This document shows positions 1-13,439 of a stretch of 64,000 nt of DNA, piece after piece. A model generated the notes under the pieces. The model saw nothing but the letters and a program-made list of their open reading frames with translations. It did not search any database and was not told the origin of the DNA. The translations under genes and the position numbers were made by a program. Source of the stretch: Felis catus (lineage: Eukaryota). The stretch lies in assembly GCF_018350175.1 (NCBI RefSeq), contig NC_058368.1, positions 92,258,001-92,322,000 of the forward strand. Reading direction: 5' to 3'. Within the stretch, counting starts at the first letter, position 1. The number at the start of each line of letters is the position of its first letter.

Positions 1-319
1 ATTTGTGCATTTTTGATTAATCTTGATAGGTTTACTTTTCTCTCCCACTTGAAGTTAAATAACAGTTTAACATAAATAAAGGTAATTGTTTAAGGAAATA
101 ATATTAATAGTGACCCATGATCTCATTTCCCTTATGCAAACACTTTTTAATATTATTTTAAAATTATGTTTAATATTTTTACATATTTCTTAAGCTATTT
201 TACATTGTTATTTTCATTATGCAGAATATAAGTTTTAAAAAATCTTTTATATTAATGGCTGCAAAATATACTATCACTTAAAAGTGGCGTAATGCATTTA
301 AAATGTTCTGGCGGGAGCG

Positions 320-745
320 GGGGGCCTCTGGGTGGCTCAGTTGGTTAAGCATCTTACTTTGGCTCAGGTCATGATCTCGTGATTTGGTGAGTTCGAGCCC
401 CACATCAGGCTCGCTGCTCTCAGCCTGTCAGTGCAGAGGCCCCCTTCAGATCCTCTGTCCTCCTCTCTCTGCCCCTCCCTTACTTGTGCTCTCTCACTCT
501 CTCTCTCTCAAAAATAAATAAACATAGGGGCGCCTGGATGGCGCAGGTGGTTAAGCATACGACTTCAGCTGAGGTCTTGCGGTCCGTGAGTTCGAACCCC
601 GTATCAGGCTCTGTGCTGACAGCTCAGAGCCTGGAGCCTGCTTCAGATTCTGCATCTCCCTCTCTCTCTGCCCCTACCCTACTCACACTCTGTCTCTGTC
701 TCTCTCTCTCAAAAATAAACATTAAAAAAAAAAAACATTAAAAAC
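320..745 (+). mobile_element. Two tandem Can-SINEs
   Basis: Two GGGG..TGGCTCAG/TGGCGCAG heads with B boxes, (CT)n and AATAAA/A tails (~320-524 and ~527-745). Confidence 0.9.
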
Positions 746-759
746 AATTCATGAAAGAA

Positions 760-2960
760 CTAGCTCTTCGTTTCAGTGAGCTTTTCTATTGTGTTTTAGT
801 CTCTTATTTCATTTATTTTTGCTCTGATCTGCATCATTTCTTTCTTTCCACTAACTTTGGGCTTTGTTCTTTTTCTAGTTCCTTTAGGTACAAGGTTAGA
901 TTGAGATGTTTGCTGCTTCTTGACTTAGGCGCCTATATTTCTGTAAACTTGCCTCTTTGAACTGCTTTTGCTGCATCCTGTAGATTTTAGAGCATTGTGT
1001 TTCTGTTTTCATTTGTCTTCAGGTATTTTTTTTTCCTTTCTTTTTTGATTTCTTCATTGGCCCATTGTTTGTTTGGCAGCCTTTTGCTTAGGCTTTATGT
1101 GTTTGTGTTTTTTCCAGTTTATTCTTATAATTGATTTCTCGTTTTGTACCATTGTGGTCAGAAAGGACGTTTGATATGATATAAGTGTTCCTAAAAATAT
1201 TGAAACTTGGTTTGTGGCCTAACATGCGACCTATCCTGGAAAATGTTTCATGTACACTTGAAAAGAATGTGTGTTCTGCTGTGTTTGGATGGAATATTCT
1301 GAATATATCTGTTAAGTCCACCTAGTCTAATGTGTTGAGACCAGTGTTTCCTTATTGGTTTTCTGCCTGGATGATTTGCTATTGCTGGAAGTAGATGCTG
1401 TGTTCCGCTACCATTATCGTGTGTGACTGTTAATTTCTCCTTTTACATCTTGTAATACTTGCTTTCTATGTTTCGATGCTTTTGTGTTGGTTGCTTAGAT
1501 ATTTACAATTGTTATATTCTCTTATTTGATTAATCCCTTTATAAGGCTCTTCTTTGTCTCTTCTTGAAGTCTTTGTCTTGAAGTCTGTTTTGCTTGACAC
1601 AATTATTGGTACTCTAGCTTTCTTTTCAGTTTCTATTTGCATGGAATATCTTTTTCCATCCCTTCACTTTGAGGCCTTCTCTTTCTTTAGGTCTGAAGTG
1701 AGTCACTTACAGGCAGCATATTAGATGGATCTTGTTTTTTATCCATTCGGCCACCCTCTGTCTTTGGAGCATTTAGTCCTTTTACATTTAAAGTAATTAT
1801 TGATAGGTATGTTAGTTGTTAATCATTTTCTGGTTGTTTTTGTAGTTCTTCTCTGTTCCTTTCATCTTTTATTCCCTTCCCTTGTGATTTGATGACTTTC
1901 TTTAGTGTTATATTTGGATTCCGTTCTGTTTATTTTTTATGTATCTATTATAGGTTTTTTGTTGTGTCTACCATGAGGTTCATCTATAACAACCTGTGTA
2001 TACAGCAGTGCATTTTAAATTGGTGGTTAAGTTTGAACACATTGTAAAAGCAATATATTTTTATTCCCTCACCTTACATTTTATTTTTTGACACTGTATT
2101 TTATATCTTTTTTTTTGTACATCTTCTAAGTAATTAGGGTAGGTAGGTTTTACTATTCTTCTCTTTAACCTTCATACTAGCTTTATAAGTTGTTGACCTA
2201 CTACCTTTACTGTATGTTTGCTTTCAGCAGTGAGATTGTTTTCTTTCATAATTCTTTTACTTTTAATCACAGCCTTTCCTTTTCTGCTTAAATAAATCCC
2301 TATAACATTTCTTATAAGGCCAGTTTAGTGGTCATTAACTCCTTAAGCTTTTGTTTGTCTGGGCAACTTTGTCTTTCCTTCAGTTCTGAAAGATAATTTT
2401 GCTGGGTAGAGTATTCTTGGTTGTAAGTTTCTTCTTTTCAGTACTTTGACTATATCATGCCCATTCCTCTGGTCTCCAAAGTTTCTGCTGAAAAATCAGC
2501 TGGATAACCTTACGGAGTTTCCATTGTATGTAACTCATTGTTTTTTTTCTCTTGCTGCCTTTAAGGTATTCTTTTCTCTTTATCTTTACTTTTTGGGCTT
2601 TTAGTTACATGTTTGGTGGACCTCTTTGGGTTTATCTTGTTTGGAGCTCTTTGTGCTTCCTGGACCTGAATGTTGTTTCCTTCTCCAGTTTAGGGAAGTT
2701 TTCATCTGTTGTTTCTTCAAATAAAGTTTCTGCACTTCCCCACTGTCTTTTCTGAGACTCATATAATGCAAATGTTAGTATGCTTGATACTCTCCTTGCA
2801 GTCCCTTTAATCTATCCTAATTTTTAGAAATTCTTTTCAGTTTTTGCTGTTCAGCTTGGGTGATTTCTACTACCCTGCCTTCCAGATCGCTGATCTGTTC
2901 TGCATCATCTAACTTGATGTTGATTCCCTTTAATTTATTTTTCATTTCAGTTATTATATT
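760..2960 (-). mobile_element. Old degenerate L1 (ORF1 to ORF2 endonuclease region)
   Basis: ORF 1088..1321(-) resembles the L1 endonuclease (DLTDIFRIFHP..HTFFSS.H.TFSRI); T-rich antisense L1 texture. Confidence 0.8.
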
Positions 2961-3054
2961 TTTCATCTTTCCCTTCATATGTACCATTTATTAAATAATC
3001 TTTATCTTCTTTTTGAAAGCTTGCATATTGTTGTGTATTACATTTGCCATCTTT

Positions 3055-3862
3055 ATTTTTTTTTTTAATATTTATTTAAGTAATCACTACATCCAGTGTG
3101 GGGCTCGAACTCATAACCCTGAGACCAAGAGTTACCTATCTTTTAAGTGAGACAGCCAAGTGCCCCTGGCATCTTTATCATTATTACATCTTACATTTGG
3201 CATTTTTAAACTTTCTATATATTTTGTTCCTTTAAATTTTTGCCTTTATGTTGTGCCATCTTGTTTAGTAATTTTGTTTTTCAGTAAGTTCTTATGTCTG
3301 GTAGCAAAGGATCTCCCTGTAACTCTGCCTTTCTGTTATAAGCTATTTTTTATAATCTTTCCTATTTTTAATAATGAATATTCAGTAGTCATCTTCTTGT
3401 AATCTTTTCTGTAACCAATAGTTCTTTTGTGATTTTAATTAAGAGTTTGCTTCTAGGAATATAGTATATTCTTCTATTTACCTTTTATTAAATTTAGCAA
3501 TATCTTTTCTTTGGTAAGTTTTACAAAGGTTGGATATATTCTTACGATGATTCTTAAGATTTTGTTGTTGTTCTTGAGTTACTACAGTGAATGGGTTCTC
3601 TTTGTGTCATTTTCCTGCTGATCTTCTAGTAAGGAATACTATGTAACAGGGGAGTATATTTAAAATTTATTTTTTAATGTTTATTTATTTTTGAGAGACA
3701 GAGTGAGAGAGGGGGAGGGGCAGAGAGAGGGAGACACAGAATTTGAAGCAGGCTTCAGGCTCTGGGCTGTCAGCACAGAGCCCCAACATGGGGCTTGAAC
3801 TGTGAGATCATGACCTGAGCCAAAGTTGGACACTTAACTGACTGAGTCACCCAGGTGCCCCC
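3055..3862 (-). mobile_element. Two antisense Can-SINEs (~3055-3168 short; ~3660-3862)
   Basis: Reverse-complement SINE heads (..CAGGTGCCCC) with T-rich tails. Confidence 0.8.
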
Positions 3863-4124
3863 AGGAGAGTATATTGTATTTGCTCTTGCTTTACTAAGCT
3901 CTTACTAATCCTTTTGACTTTCTATTAACTTAGAGTACCTTTAAGTGGTAATTTTTAATTTGTTATAAAAATTTATTCCTTTTATTTCTTTTTCATGACT
4001 TGGGAAAACCATGTTAATGGCCTGCTTTTTCTTGTTGCATTTTAAAGGTTTAAATTTTAAAGTGATATTGATGATGACAGTAATTTTTGTTTTAATGAAA
4101 GTACTTGTATTAAAATAAGGTAGA

Positions 4125-4844
4125 AGGGGCACCTGGGTGGTTCAGTTGGTTGAGTGTCTGACTCTTGGTTTCGGCTCAGGTCAGGATCTCAGGGTTATGG
4201 GATTGAGCCCCATGTCAGACTCTGTGTTGAGCATGGAGTCTGCTTAAGATTCTCTCTCTCTTCCTCTGACCCTCTCCCCAACTTGCGCATGCTCTCCCTC
4301 TCTCTCTTTCTCTCTCTCTCAAATAAAAATAAATAAATAAAAAAGAATTCTTTTGAAATTTAAATTTTTAAAAATACTTATGTATTTTGAGAGGGAGCAC
4401 ATGTGAGTAGGGGAGGGGAGAGAGAGGGAACGGATAGGGAGAGAGAGAATCCCAAGCAGGCTCTGTCCTCTCAGCGCAGAGCCTGACACAGGGTTGATCT
4501 CATGAACTGAGAGGTGATGACCTGAGCCAAAATCAAGAGTCGGATGCTTCACTGACTGAGCCATCCAGTTGCTCCAGAATTGTTCTTTTTTTGAAGTTTT
4601 ATTTATTTATTTATTTATTTAATTAAAAAAAAAATTTTTTTTAACGTTTATTTATTTTTGAGACAGAGAGAGACAGAGCATGAACGTGGGAGGGTCAGAG
4701 AAAGAGGGAGACACAGAATCCAAAGCAGGCTCCAGGCTCTGAGCGGTCAGCACAGAGCCGACGCGGGGCTCAAACTCACGGACCGCGAGATCGTGACCTG
4801 AGCTGAAGTCGGACGCTTAGCCAACTGAGCCACCCAGGCGCCCC
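4125..4844. mobile_element. Can-SINE cluster: + (4125-4345), - (4370-4575), - (4602-4844)
   Basis: Third copy is CpG-rich and flanked by TSD TCTTTTTTTGAAGTTTT (4584-4600 and 4845-4861). Confidence 0.9.
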
Positions 4845-5638
4845 TCTTTTTTTGAAGTTTTAAAACACATTTTGAAATTTATTAAATAGCTTGTGGGCAT
4901 TTGTTCATATCAAAATTTATTTAGCCTGCTGTTGTACTGTATATATTTTCTTATGGGACTATCATATTTATCATAAGAATAAACCTTCCTTGGACTAAGG
5001 AGGACTTACTGCATATTTTGCTAGCATTTTATTTAAAATTGCTCATTAGTGAGGTATGTGTGTTGGGAATATTCATAAATGTTTATTTATTTATATCAGG
5101 TTTTAAGATTAGTTCAGACTTGTCTCATGCAAGGAATTGGCCATTGTTTGTTTTCTTCAAAGTTTGAGAGACTTGATGAACTGGATTTCTGTGTTTGGTG
5201 TTCTTTCAGGACACCTTTGGTTTCTTCCTGAAATAGTCTGGGCTTTCCTACCTCTTGTTCTTTGTTTTGGTAATTTCTTTTTTTTCTTCAGTTTGTTTCG
5301 TACAAAAGAATAGATTTCTTTGAATGTTTCAAATTTATTATTTTTTATGGATACTGGATCTTCTTAGATTAAAACAGTTTGTATTAATTTTTATAATCTT
5401 ATTCTCAGCTCTGATTTTGTATATGGATTTGAGCTTCCTTCTCCCTTTATTAAACTTACCAGAGGGTTGCCTCGTCTTTTCAAGGAACTGGATTATAGTT
5501 TTGACTACTGCCATTTTGTTTTATCTAATATATCAGTTTTTTTTCCTTCACTGTTTTCTTCATTTTTTTTTTCCTTTGGGGTTTATACTGTTTTTCTAAG
5601 ATGTAGTTATGGGTGTGGTTTCTCCTTTTCTTCTTTTA

Positions 5639-5866
5639 TTTTAAAAAAAAAAATTTTTTTTTTCAACGTTTATTTATTTTTGGGACAGAGAGAGACAGAG
5701 CATGAACGGGGGAGGGACACAGAGAGAGGGAGACACAGAATCAGAAACAGGCTCCAGGCTCTGAGCCATCAGCCCAGAGCCCGACGCGGGGCTCGAACTC
5801 ACGGACCGCGAGATCATGACCTGGCTGAAGTCGGACGCTTAACCGACTGCGCCACCCAGGCGCCCC
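5639..5866 (-). mobile_element. Young SINEC_Fc-type Can-SINE
   Basis: Intact CpGs; TSD TCCTTTTCTTCTTTT at 5623-5637 and 5867-5881. Confidence 0.92.
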
Positions 5867-5994
5867 TCCTTTTCTTCTTTTAAATTGAAACCTATGAATT
5901 TACATGAGCATTTCTTGTTTTCTTCCCTTTTTAAGTTATATTCTTAGTTTTCATCTTTATTCAGTTATTATTTAAAGGTTTTGTTTTGATTTTT

Positions 5995-6032
5995 TTTAAA
6001 GTTTATTTATTTATTTTGAGAAGGAGGGAGGC

Positions 6033-6087
<55 letters not shown>

Positions 6088-6210
6088 GAGAGAGAATCCC
6101 AAACAGGCTCTGCACTCTCAGTGCAGAACTCGAACTCATGAACCATGAAATCGTGACCTGAGCTGAAATCATGAGTTGGATGCTTAACAGACTGAGCCAC
6201 CCAGGTGCTC
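5995..6210 (-). mobile_element. Can-SINE with expanded (GA)n
   Basis: SINE head and tail in reverse complement. Confidence 0.85.
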
Positions 6211-6471
6211 TTTGTTTTTGATTTTTAAGTTATAGTCTTTTTTATTTTGTTGCATTTTGATTAGAGATTATAGAGATTATGCCTTGCTTCCCCCCCGCTT
6301 TTTTTTGTAAGTATTGAGACTTAATTTGTGAACTGCTGGCTTTGAAGAGCTCCATTCCCAAACTCTTAGTATGGAGCATTTGTGTAAATACACAGTGTCT
6401 GTGTTTACGTACTTCTTTTGCTATATGGTGGTAAGAGTGAAATTTTTTCCTTTCAATATGTGTTTGAACAG

Positions 6472-6581
6472 CGGATGGTGTTCCTAATGACAGTAGTGAT
6501 AGTGAAATGGAGGACAGAACCACTGCTAATTTGGCAGCTTTGAAACTTGATGAGTGGCTCAATTTCAAACTAGAGCCTGAG
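6472..6581 (+). CDS. YTHDC2: YTHDC2 internal coding exon (DGVPNDSSDSEMEDRTTANLAALKLDEWLNFKLEPE)
   Basis: Acceptor aacag/ and donor /gtaagt; 110 bp, phase 1 to 0; translation matches the recalled YTHDC2 C-terminal region and joins the next exon in frame. Confidence 0.93.
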
Positions 6582-6787
6582 GTAAGTTGCTTTTCAGTAG
6601 TGTGGTAAGTTTCTTTCATTCTGGTAGTACGAATTGACATACAGCATGATGAAAATTATATCTTTACTATTGAGCCCTTAGTACTTGAGAATATAGTTTG
6701 TTTTTCAGTTTTCACAGGGCCCTCATGCATTCTCTGACATACCCCATGGGGTTTATTTTAATAGAGGATTTGAAAAGCCTTGGTGTG

Positions 6788-6918
6788 GCAGAATCTGAAG
6801 CAGGCTCCAGGCTCTGAGCTGTCAGCACAGAGCCCGACACGGGGCTCAAACTCACAAACTGAGATCATGACCTGAGCTGAAGTCCGATGCTTAACCGACT
6901 GAGCCACCCAGGTGCCCC
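6788..6918 (-). mobile_element. Tail-less Can-SINE fragment
   Basis: Only the 5' ~130 nt of the SINE body is present. Confidence 0.8.
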
Positions 6919-7419
6919 AGAAATGCACATTTTTGGTCAATAATATTACTGGGGGACGAAAAGGAGGAGAATGTGCATTAAGTGGTGAAATCCACTAAAT
7001 CAATATTCTGTTACACCAAACAGTTTAAAGACAAGGGAAATGTTGTAATATAATTTCAGATTATATTTCATTTGGCTAAATTAGAGTTTAAAGTTGCTTT
7101 GCCATGTTGAAAGTTTGCTGTAATAATTTTTCACGTAAACATTTAGACTTGAACTCTGAGACTAGATACAGCATGATTATTTTGCTTTTAAAATCTGTTA
7201 AATAGCTAAAAATTGACAATTTGAAAACTACAACAAAGAAAAAGTTGAAGCAGTGTGATTGTTACATCATTGAACCACTTCTAATTGTCAACTGTTAGTA
7301 TTAAAAGATCATTCTATATCCTTTTTTGGGGGGATGTGGTCGGCTGAGCTGTCAGTAATCGACAGCTGGCTAGGTTTAACTTTTTTACTGTCTGTTCATT
7401 CATCACTTCAGCCGACAGT

Positions 7420-7970
7420 TGTCTCACTTCCCTTTTCACCAGCCATTCCCTTCACTGAAACTGTACTTGCCAAGGTCAGCACGTGCCCCACATTGTCCAA
7501 GCCAGCCTGCCATCCTTGAATTCATTCTTTCTCTCCTGTTGGGCACTATTTATTGTCCATACCCTTCCTTTCATAATTCTGCCCTTCCTCATTTTTCCTC
7601 CTCACCCCTGTCCCAACTTCTTTGTCACAAGTTAACCGTGAAATGAATCTTTCCTGATTCTTCTTCTTTCTTCAAAGGTCATTCCTTCTTAGGTTCTTTT
7701 ACTGACTCTTCTCTATGTGTCTGTGCCTTAAATGTTAGATGTTCTCCACTACTCCGGGCCTTTCTCTGCTCTTTTTATGTCTCTGTACAATCTCCAGGGA
7801 CCTTACCTCTCTGTGTAGATTCAGTAACCACTTATGCACTGATGACTCCCAAGTCTGTCTATATTTTTAGCTTAGGCCTTTCTGTGAACCTTTCTGTGAA
7901 TCTAGCTGCCTTCTGGGCATCATCATCTAGATGTTCTGTAGGCACTAAAGCACGAATGGAACTAAATGTA
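7420..7970 (+). mobile_element. Degenerate L2 fragment
   Basis: Pyrimidine-rich L2-like motifs (e.g. CACTTATGCACTGATGACTCCCAAG). Confidence 0.5.
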
Positions 7971-8296
7971 TTTTTCTTCATTTACTGTGCTGTTACCATT
8001 TCCAGTTTTAATCACACTCTGCCACACATTGTTTACCGTCTCTTCCATCGGACTGTTTCATTTGATTTTGTGTCTCTAGTGCCTCCAATATGGTAAATAA
8101 GAATTTTTATCTTGTTCGGGCAACAAAAAGAATGAAATTAATAGTAAATTATATAAAATGTAATACCTTAGAATACATTAACTCCTTACAAGTTGCAGAG
8201 TGTTCTTTGGAAACAGTTGCAGCCTTTAACTAGTAAATGGGTGTCTTGCAAGTAGGGTATACATTTTGCTTGTACCTGTTTGAACTTTCATTACAG

Positions 8297-8589
8297 GCAG
8301 CCAGTTTATTGCTGCAGCTCAGACAGAAGTGGCACAGCTTATTTTTACGCCGAATGAGAGCTCCATCCAAACCTTGGTCTCAAGTTGATGAAGCTACCAT
8401 AAGAGCAATTATAGCTGTTTTAAGCACTGAGGAACAGTGTGCAGGTTTACAGCAGCCGTCTGGGATAGGCCAGAGGCCAAGGCCTATGTCTTCAGAAGAA
8501 CTTCCTTTGGCATCATCTTGGAGGTCCAATAATAGCAGGAAAACTTCCGCAGATACTGAATTTTCTGATGAGTCTGCTACTGCAGAAAG
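8297..8589 (+). CDS. YTHDC2: YTHDC2 coding exon (AASLLLQLRQKWHSLFLRRMRAP...DESATAER)
   Basis: ttacag/GCA acceptor and AG/gtacat donor; 293 bp, phase 0 to 2; lies in ORF 8237..8701. Confidence 0.95.
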
Positions 8590-10559
8590 GTACATTTATA
8601 ACATTTTATCAAAACGGGGACATTTTCTCCAGGAAAATGAGTTATTTCTCATAGAATCAGATGTTTTAATAATATTTAATAATTGCTTAGAGTGTACGTA
8701 AAAGGTTACAATAAAATGCGAAGAGTGTTTTACTTTTAAAACATAGTTCTTGTAAGTAGTAAGATAATATGAGGGATTTTAAGCTACTGGTATCTGTGAG
8801 TCATTTAATAAGGAAATTTTTTATTGGGAAAGACTAAAAATGTTTAATTTCAAGACTTCACAGATTTAGGGTCTGTTAAAAAGATAGCAGTATATTAAAA
8901 TTCTGTATTTTAGTTGATACATGGCAAGCAACATCTTTCGCATATGTCTTATAGCAAGAAGTATGGGTTATGGCCATTTAAAAGAACAGCCTCTTCACAA
9001 GTCTTACTTACCTGGGTATCAGTAGTGCTGACTAGTATTCCTACAGAAGATCAATTATTCATTCACTTTCTCAGTGACACATTGAATGTGTGTTGTTCTT
9101 GGTGTAAGAGAGATAGCAGTGTACCAAACAGACAAGAGCTCTTCCTTCAAAGAGTTTTTATTTTATCCAGCAGAGACATATGATACAGAAGTAAACAAAT
9201 TTACTCTAGTGGCAAAATCTATTACAGTTTAGCCAGGTTCTTCTTTTCTTTCTAACATTTAGCAATTATACATGGTATTTTTATTTACTATATGATTATT
9301 ATTAATAAGAGAGTTCTTATATTGAATTATTTATCAAAAAACATATTATGATGATATAATAGTGGTTATAATGAATCATTGGCCATGATTCAGAAATAAT
9401 TTGTTGTGTAAAAAAAAAACCCATTTGTTAGAATCAAGTTTATATTTTATAAGAATCAGAATTTCTTTATATCAGTTTAAAATTTTTTTTACCCTGTTAG
9501 AATTGATAATGAACATGACATTCTTGCCTGTGATGCTAGTTTCGGCAGTACTGGTAGAAAGTCTGTGTAGTAAGAATATTTCATTGTTAAAAAGAAAAAT
9601 AGAACAGTGGAAACATAAAAGATACATGATGTTTACTGTTTTGTAAGGATCGAATGGGGCTGTTAGTACTTTCTTTTGGTCAGATTTGCACATTTGAATG
9701 AAGTATAAGGCTTCATTAGGTCAGACTTGAATTACAGACAAGTAATTCGTACTGGTTTCCAAGTTCTTCACATACTGCATTTGAGGAATAATTCAGTCGT
9801 TTGCCAAGAAAACCTTTTCATCATGTGCGTTCCTGAATGTTTCTCTCTGATGTAGGCTCTCCTGAGCGATAGAAGAGTGAAAAGCACATTTTCTTCTTAG
9901 AGAATGCCCATTTTTTGGAAATATCGATCTAAAAGCTTACTCAAAAAATGGTTTGGAATATGGGAATAGATTTCCATAGACATTGCTAGGTGGTAGTGTT
10001 ATTCCTAGGCCCATCTATAAAAATATGTTAGGTTCGTAGAGACTCTGTGTGTTGTGTATATGTGGGTCTGTGTGTATACATACAGATGTATATACGTGTG
10101 TGCCTATATATTCATATATACACACATGCACACACATTTTTAGGAGAAAGGCTACTTGTTTCTCAATAAAAGTAATACATGCTTATTTAGTAAAATAAAT
10201 TTAATACAATTAAAATTATAAAGTGTAATATTAGTTACAATTCAGATATTGTTTGTCTTATAAATTCAGTTTTTCACCTGTGATACCATTTTCATTTCCT
10301 TACAAGTTGTAGTCTGGCACTCTTCATTCTTACCTGTTGAACAGGGAGATACAGAACTTCATCTACTTTCAGGCTTTTGGTGTTATTGATAGATAATGCC
10401 TTGAAGTTGATATATTTGGTGGGGAAAAGAATGAGGACTCTTAGGAAAATTTATACTTGAAAGGAGAAATTACAGTCTGTGGGATTACTTCTTAGAGAAA
10501 AAGTATCTGTAGTTCATGTTTTCACTGTACATTGGCAAGATATATGGTACATAATTTTT

Positions 10560-12490
10560 TTTTAATTAAAAAAATTTTTTAAGTTTATTTGTTTTGAGAA
10601 AGAGAGAGCAAGAGCAGGGGAGGGGCAGAAAGAGAGGGAGAGAGAATCCCAAGCAGGCTTCTTTCTGACAGCATGAGCCCGATGTGGGGCTTGAACCCAC
10701 AAACTGTGAGATCATGACCTGAGCCAAAACCAAGAATCGGACGCTCAACCAACTGAGCCACCCAGGCGCCCTCATAATTTCTTTAAATAAAAACATTTTA
10801 GGGTGCCTCAGTTGCTCATTTGGTTAAGCATCCAATTCAGTTACGGCTCAGGTCATGATCTTATTGGTTTGTGAGTTTGAGTCCTGGTTTTACCGTCGTT
10901 AAGTTCTTTTGCCTAATTTTCAGGTCTCTGAGGTTCTAGGGTAGGAACGATGGGATTTTAGGGGTTGAATTTAGATAATGCATTGGACATCAATTCATGA
11001 AGGAAAAAAACCCTGAAAGGTTGTTTTTTATACTTCTTAAGTTGTTGATGATTCAGATGTGCATTCCTTATATATTCTTTTGTTAATACCTTTAGGCTTT
11101 AGCTATTTTATTTCATTTGTGAAAGAAATAATCCTGGATTAAAGATACTGATTGAAGCAGGGGCGAATTGTGGGGATAAGCTATTTTAACTTGTCTTGAA
11201 GGAAGAGTAATTATTAATTACAAGACTCTCTGGAAGCTTATGAATTATTGAACACATCGTTTTTTGTTTTAAACGCTTATTATAAATATTATTTAACACA
11301 GCAAACTAAATGATATACCGTAATGAACTCCATATCCGTATGTAACCAAATATTCTTTGTTCTCTCCTGCTTTTTTTGTTTGTTTACATATTTTATTTTA
11401 TTTTTTTAAAGTTTTGTAAATTTTTAATTTTTATTTTGAGAGAGCCAGAGCAGGAGCAGGGGAGGGGCAGAGAGAGACGGAGACACAGAATCCGAAGTAG
11501 GCTCCAGGCTCTGAGCTGTCAGCACAGAGCCCAAGGTGGGGCTCGAACTCACGAGCTGTGAGAGCATGACCTGAGCCAAAGTCACTGACTGAGCCACCCA
11601 AATGCTTCTGGTTTAGATACTTTAAAATAAATCCCACATATCATGTCATCTTACCCTTCCATATTTAAATATGCATCTCTTAAAAATAGAGGAATTTTTC
11701 CTACATAATCGAATTCCAATGATCAGTTCCAGTAAAATGGCTCATGCATTTCTCAGGGTGTCATGTGTCTTGAGTCTCTCGTGATCCAGAGCAGGTCCTC
11801 TCGACTTTTTTGAAGAAAGTGGGGTGGTGATACTGTGAGGTGTACCACATTCTGGATTTGTCTGTTTCTTCTTGACATTATTTGTTGCCATACCATATAT
11901 ATTTTGTGTAAACTGGCAGTTAGCTCTCACGGCTTGATTAAATCCAGTATTTTGACAAGTATAATTTATAGGTGGTGCTGTGAACTTTACTATTGAATGA
12001 CTTTAGGACGTACTCAATAATATCTTTTCTTTTTTATGTCTGGTTATTCCACAAAGACATATACTTTTAGAAAAATTATAAAATTCCTGACTGCCAGGAA
12101 TGTTAAAGACCTCTTTTCCTAAACCATCATACAAGAGGCTAGGGATTTTGTAAGGGAAATCATACTTTGAGTATTTGTTAACATTAAGTTAAGGACTTCT
12201 GTAGATCGCTAATAAATATATTTTTACCTCTTTCTGTAAGTGTCCCTTAATGTCCCTGATGGTATTAAACTTCTAAATGTATGAGGGGGCACCTGGGTGG
12301 CTCAGTTAAGCGTCCGACTTCGGCTCAGGTCATGATCTTATGGTTTGTGAGTTTGTGCCCCGTGTCAGGCTCTGTGCTGACAGCTCTGAGCCTGGAACCT
12401 GCTTTGGATTCTGTGTGTGTGTCTCTCTCTGCCCCTACCCCACTTGTGCTGTCTTTCTGTCTCTCAAAAATAAAAATTAAAAAAAAATGT
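10560..12490. mobile_element. Four intronic Can-SINEs: - 10560-10771, + 10800-10885 (truncated), - 11420-11605, + 12285-12490
   Basis: Recognisable SINE heads and tails separated by unique or old L1-like DNA. Confidence 0.85.
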
Positions 12491-12626
12491 AAGAGAAGAA
12501 TGAAATTCCCTTTTTAAATACTATTCCATAAATCATAACGCCCCTGAAACTTTGGTTTGAAATGGCATCTGCTTTCAATCACGAGCTTGTATGTAACTGA
12601 TCTTTGCTTCCTCCTTCTCACTCAAG

Positions 12627-12804
12627 AGTATTGATGAAATCTCCATCTCCAGCACTACACCCACCTCAGAAGTACAAAGATAGAGGAATTTTACATCCTA
12701 AACGAAGCACTGATGACCGATCGGATCAGTCTTCTGTGAAATCTACAGACAGCAGTAGTTACCCGAGTCCTTGTGCCAGCCCTTCTCCTCCACCCTCAGG
12801 AAAG
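12627..12804 (+). CDS. YTHDC2: YTHDC2 coding exon, Ser/Pro-rich linker (VLMKSPSPALHPPQKYKDRG...SPPPSGK)
   Basis: Pyrimidine tract plus ctcaag/ acceptor; AAG/gtaggg donor; 178 bp, phase 2 to 0. Confidence 0.95.
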
Positions 12805-13439
12805 GTAGGGTATCCACAAGTTGATCCCTAGCACATCTAATGTTGCAGATTTAAGCAAAATTATAGAACAGTTCTACTTTTCAGTTACTCATCATGGTCT
12901 TTGTTCTTGATATAAATTGAATCTGGTAAACTTGAAACACCTTGAGTAAATTTTTTAGTCTTTCTTGCTTGCCAAACATTTCTCGTTGTTACCATCTTGG
13001 GATGTTTTAAAACTAACTGATCATTTACCGAGTTATATGCCATAACTCAGCCATCTGTTATTTCCTTTCTGTATCATTAGAACCTTTTTTGTTAAAAAGA
13101 TGGTCTCAAATTAGTTTTTTTTTTTCAGTTATTTATTGATTTTTCCAATTCAGTGGTTATATTAAAAAAATACAAGACAGGGTGGGGTTAGGAAGACAGA
13201 TGTTGGTAGGGAATTGAGAACTATGTATCTTTTAAAAAATTTGTAATACAAATGATTTCAAATGTTTAGAATATGTTACTTTTATTTCTCCTGTTGTTGG
13301 TACTGAGTAAGTATTTCATTAGGGTTATTTAGCTATATGTTGTGTTCTGGTGAGGAAAATATCTGCTGAAACACTCTTGTTAAGTAAGAGGAAAATAAAA
13401 TGTTTCTTGTGGATTTGCATTCTTAGGTTTTGAGGTTTT

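Noticed and set aside
527..610. tRNA-like A and B boxes at SINE heads
   Set aside because: tRNA-derived SINE heads followed by SINE body and tail; not tRNA genes
484..741. Recurrent MAQSVK.../VSGSVLTAQSLEP ORFs here and across the window
   Set aside because: Translations of Can-SINE bodies, not a gene family
6242..6640. Antisense ORFs over YTHDC2 exons (also 8380..8595 and 19560..19766)
   Set aside because: Shadow ORFs of coding exons with no independent support
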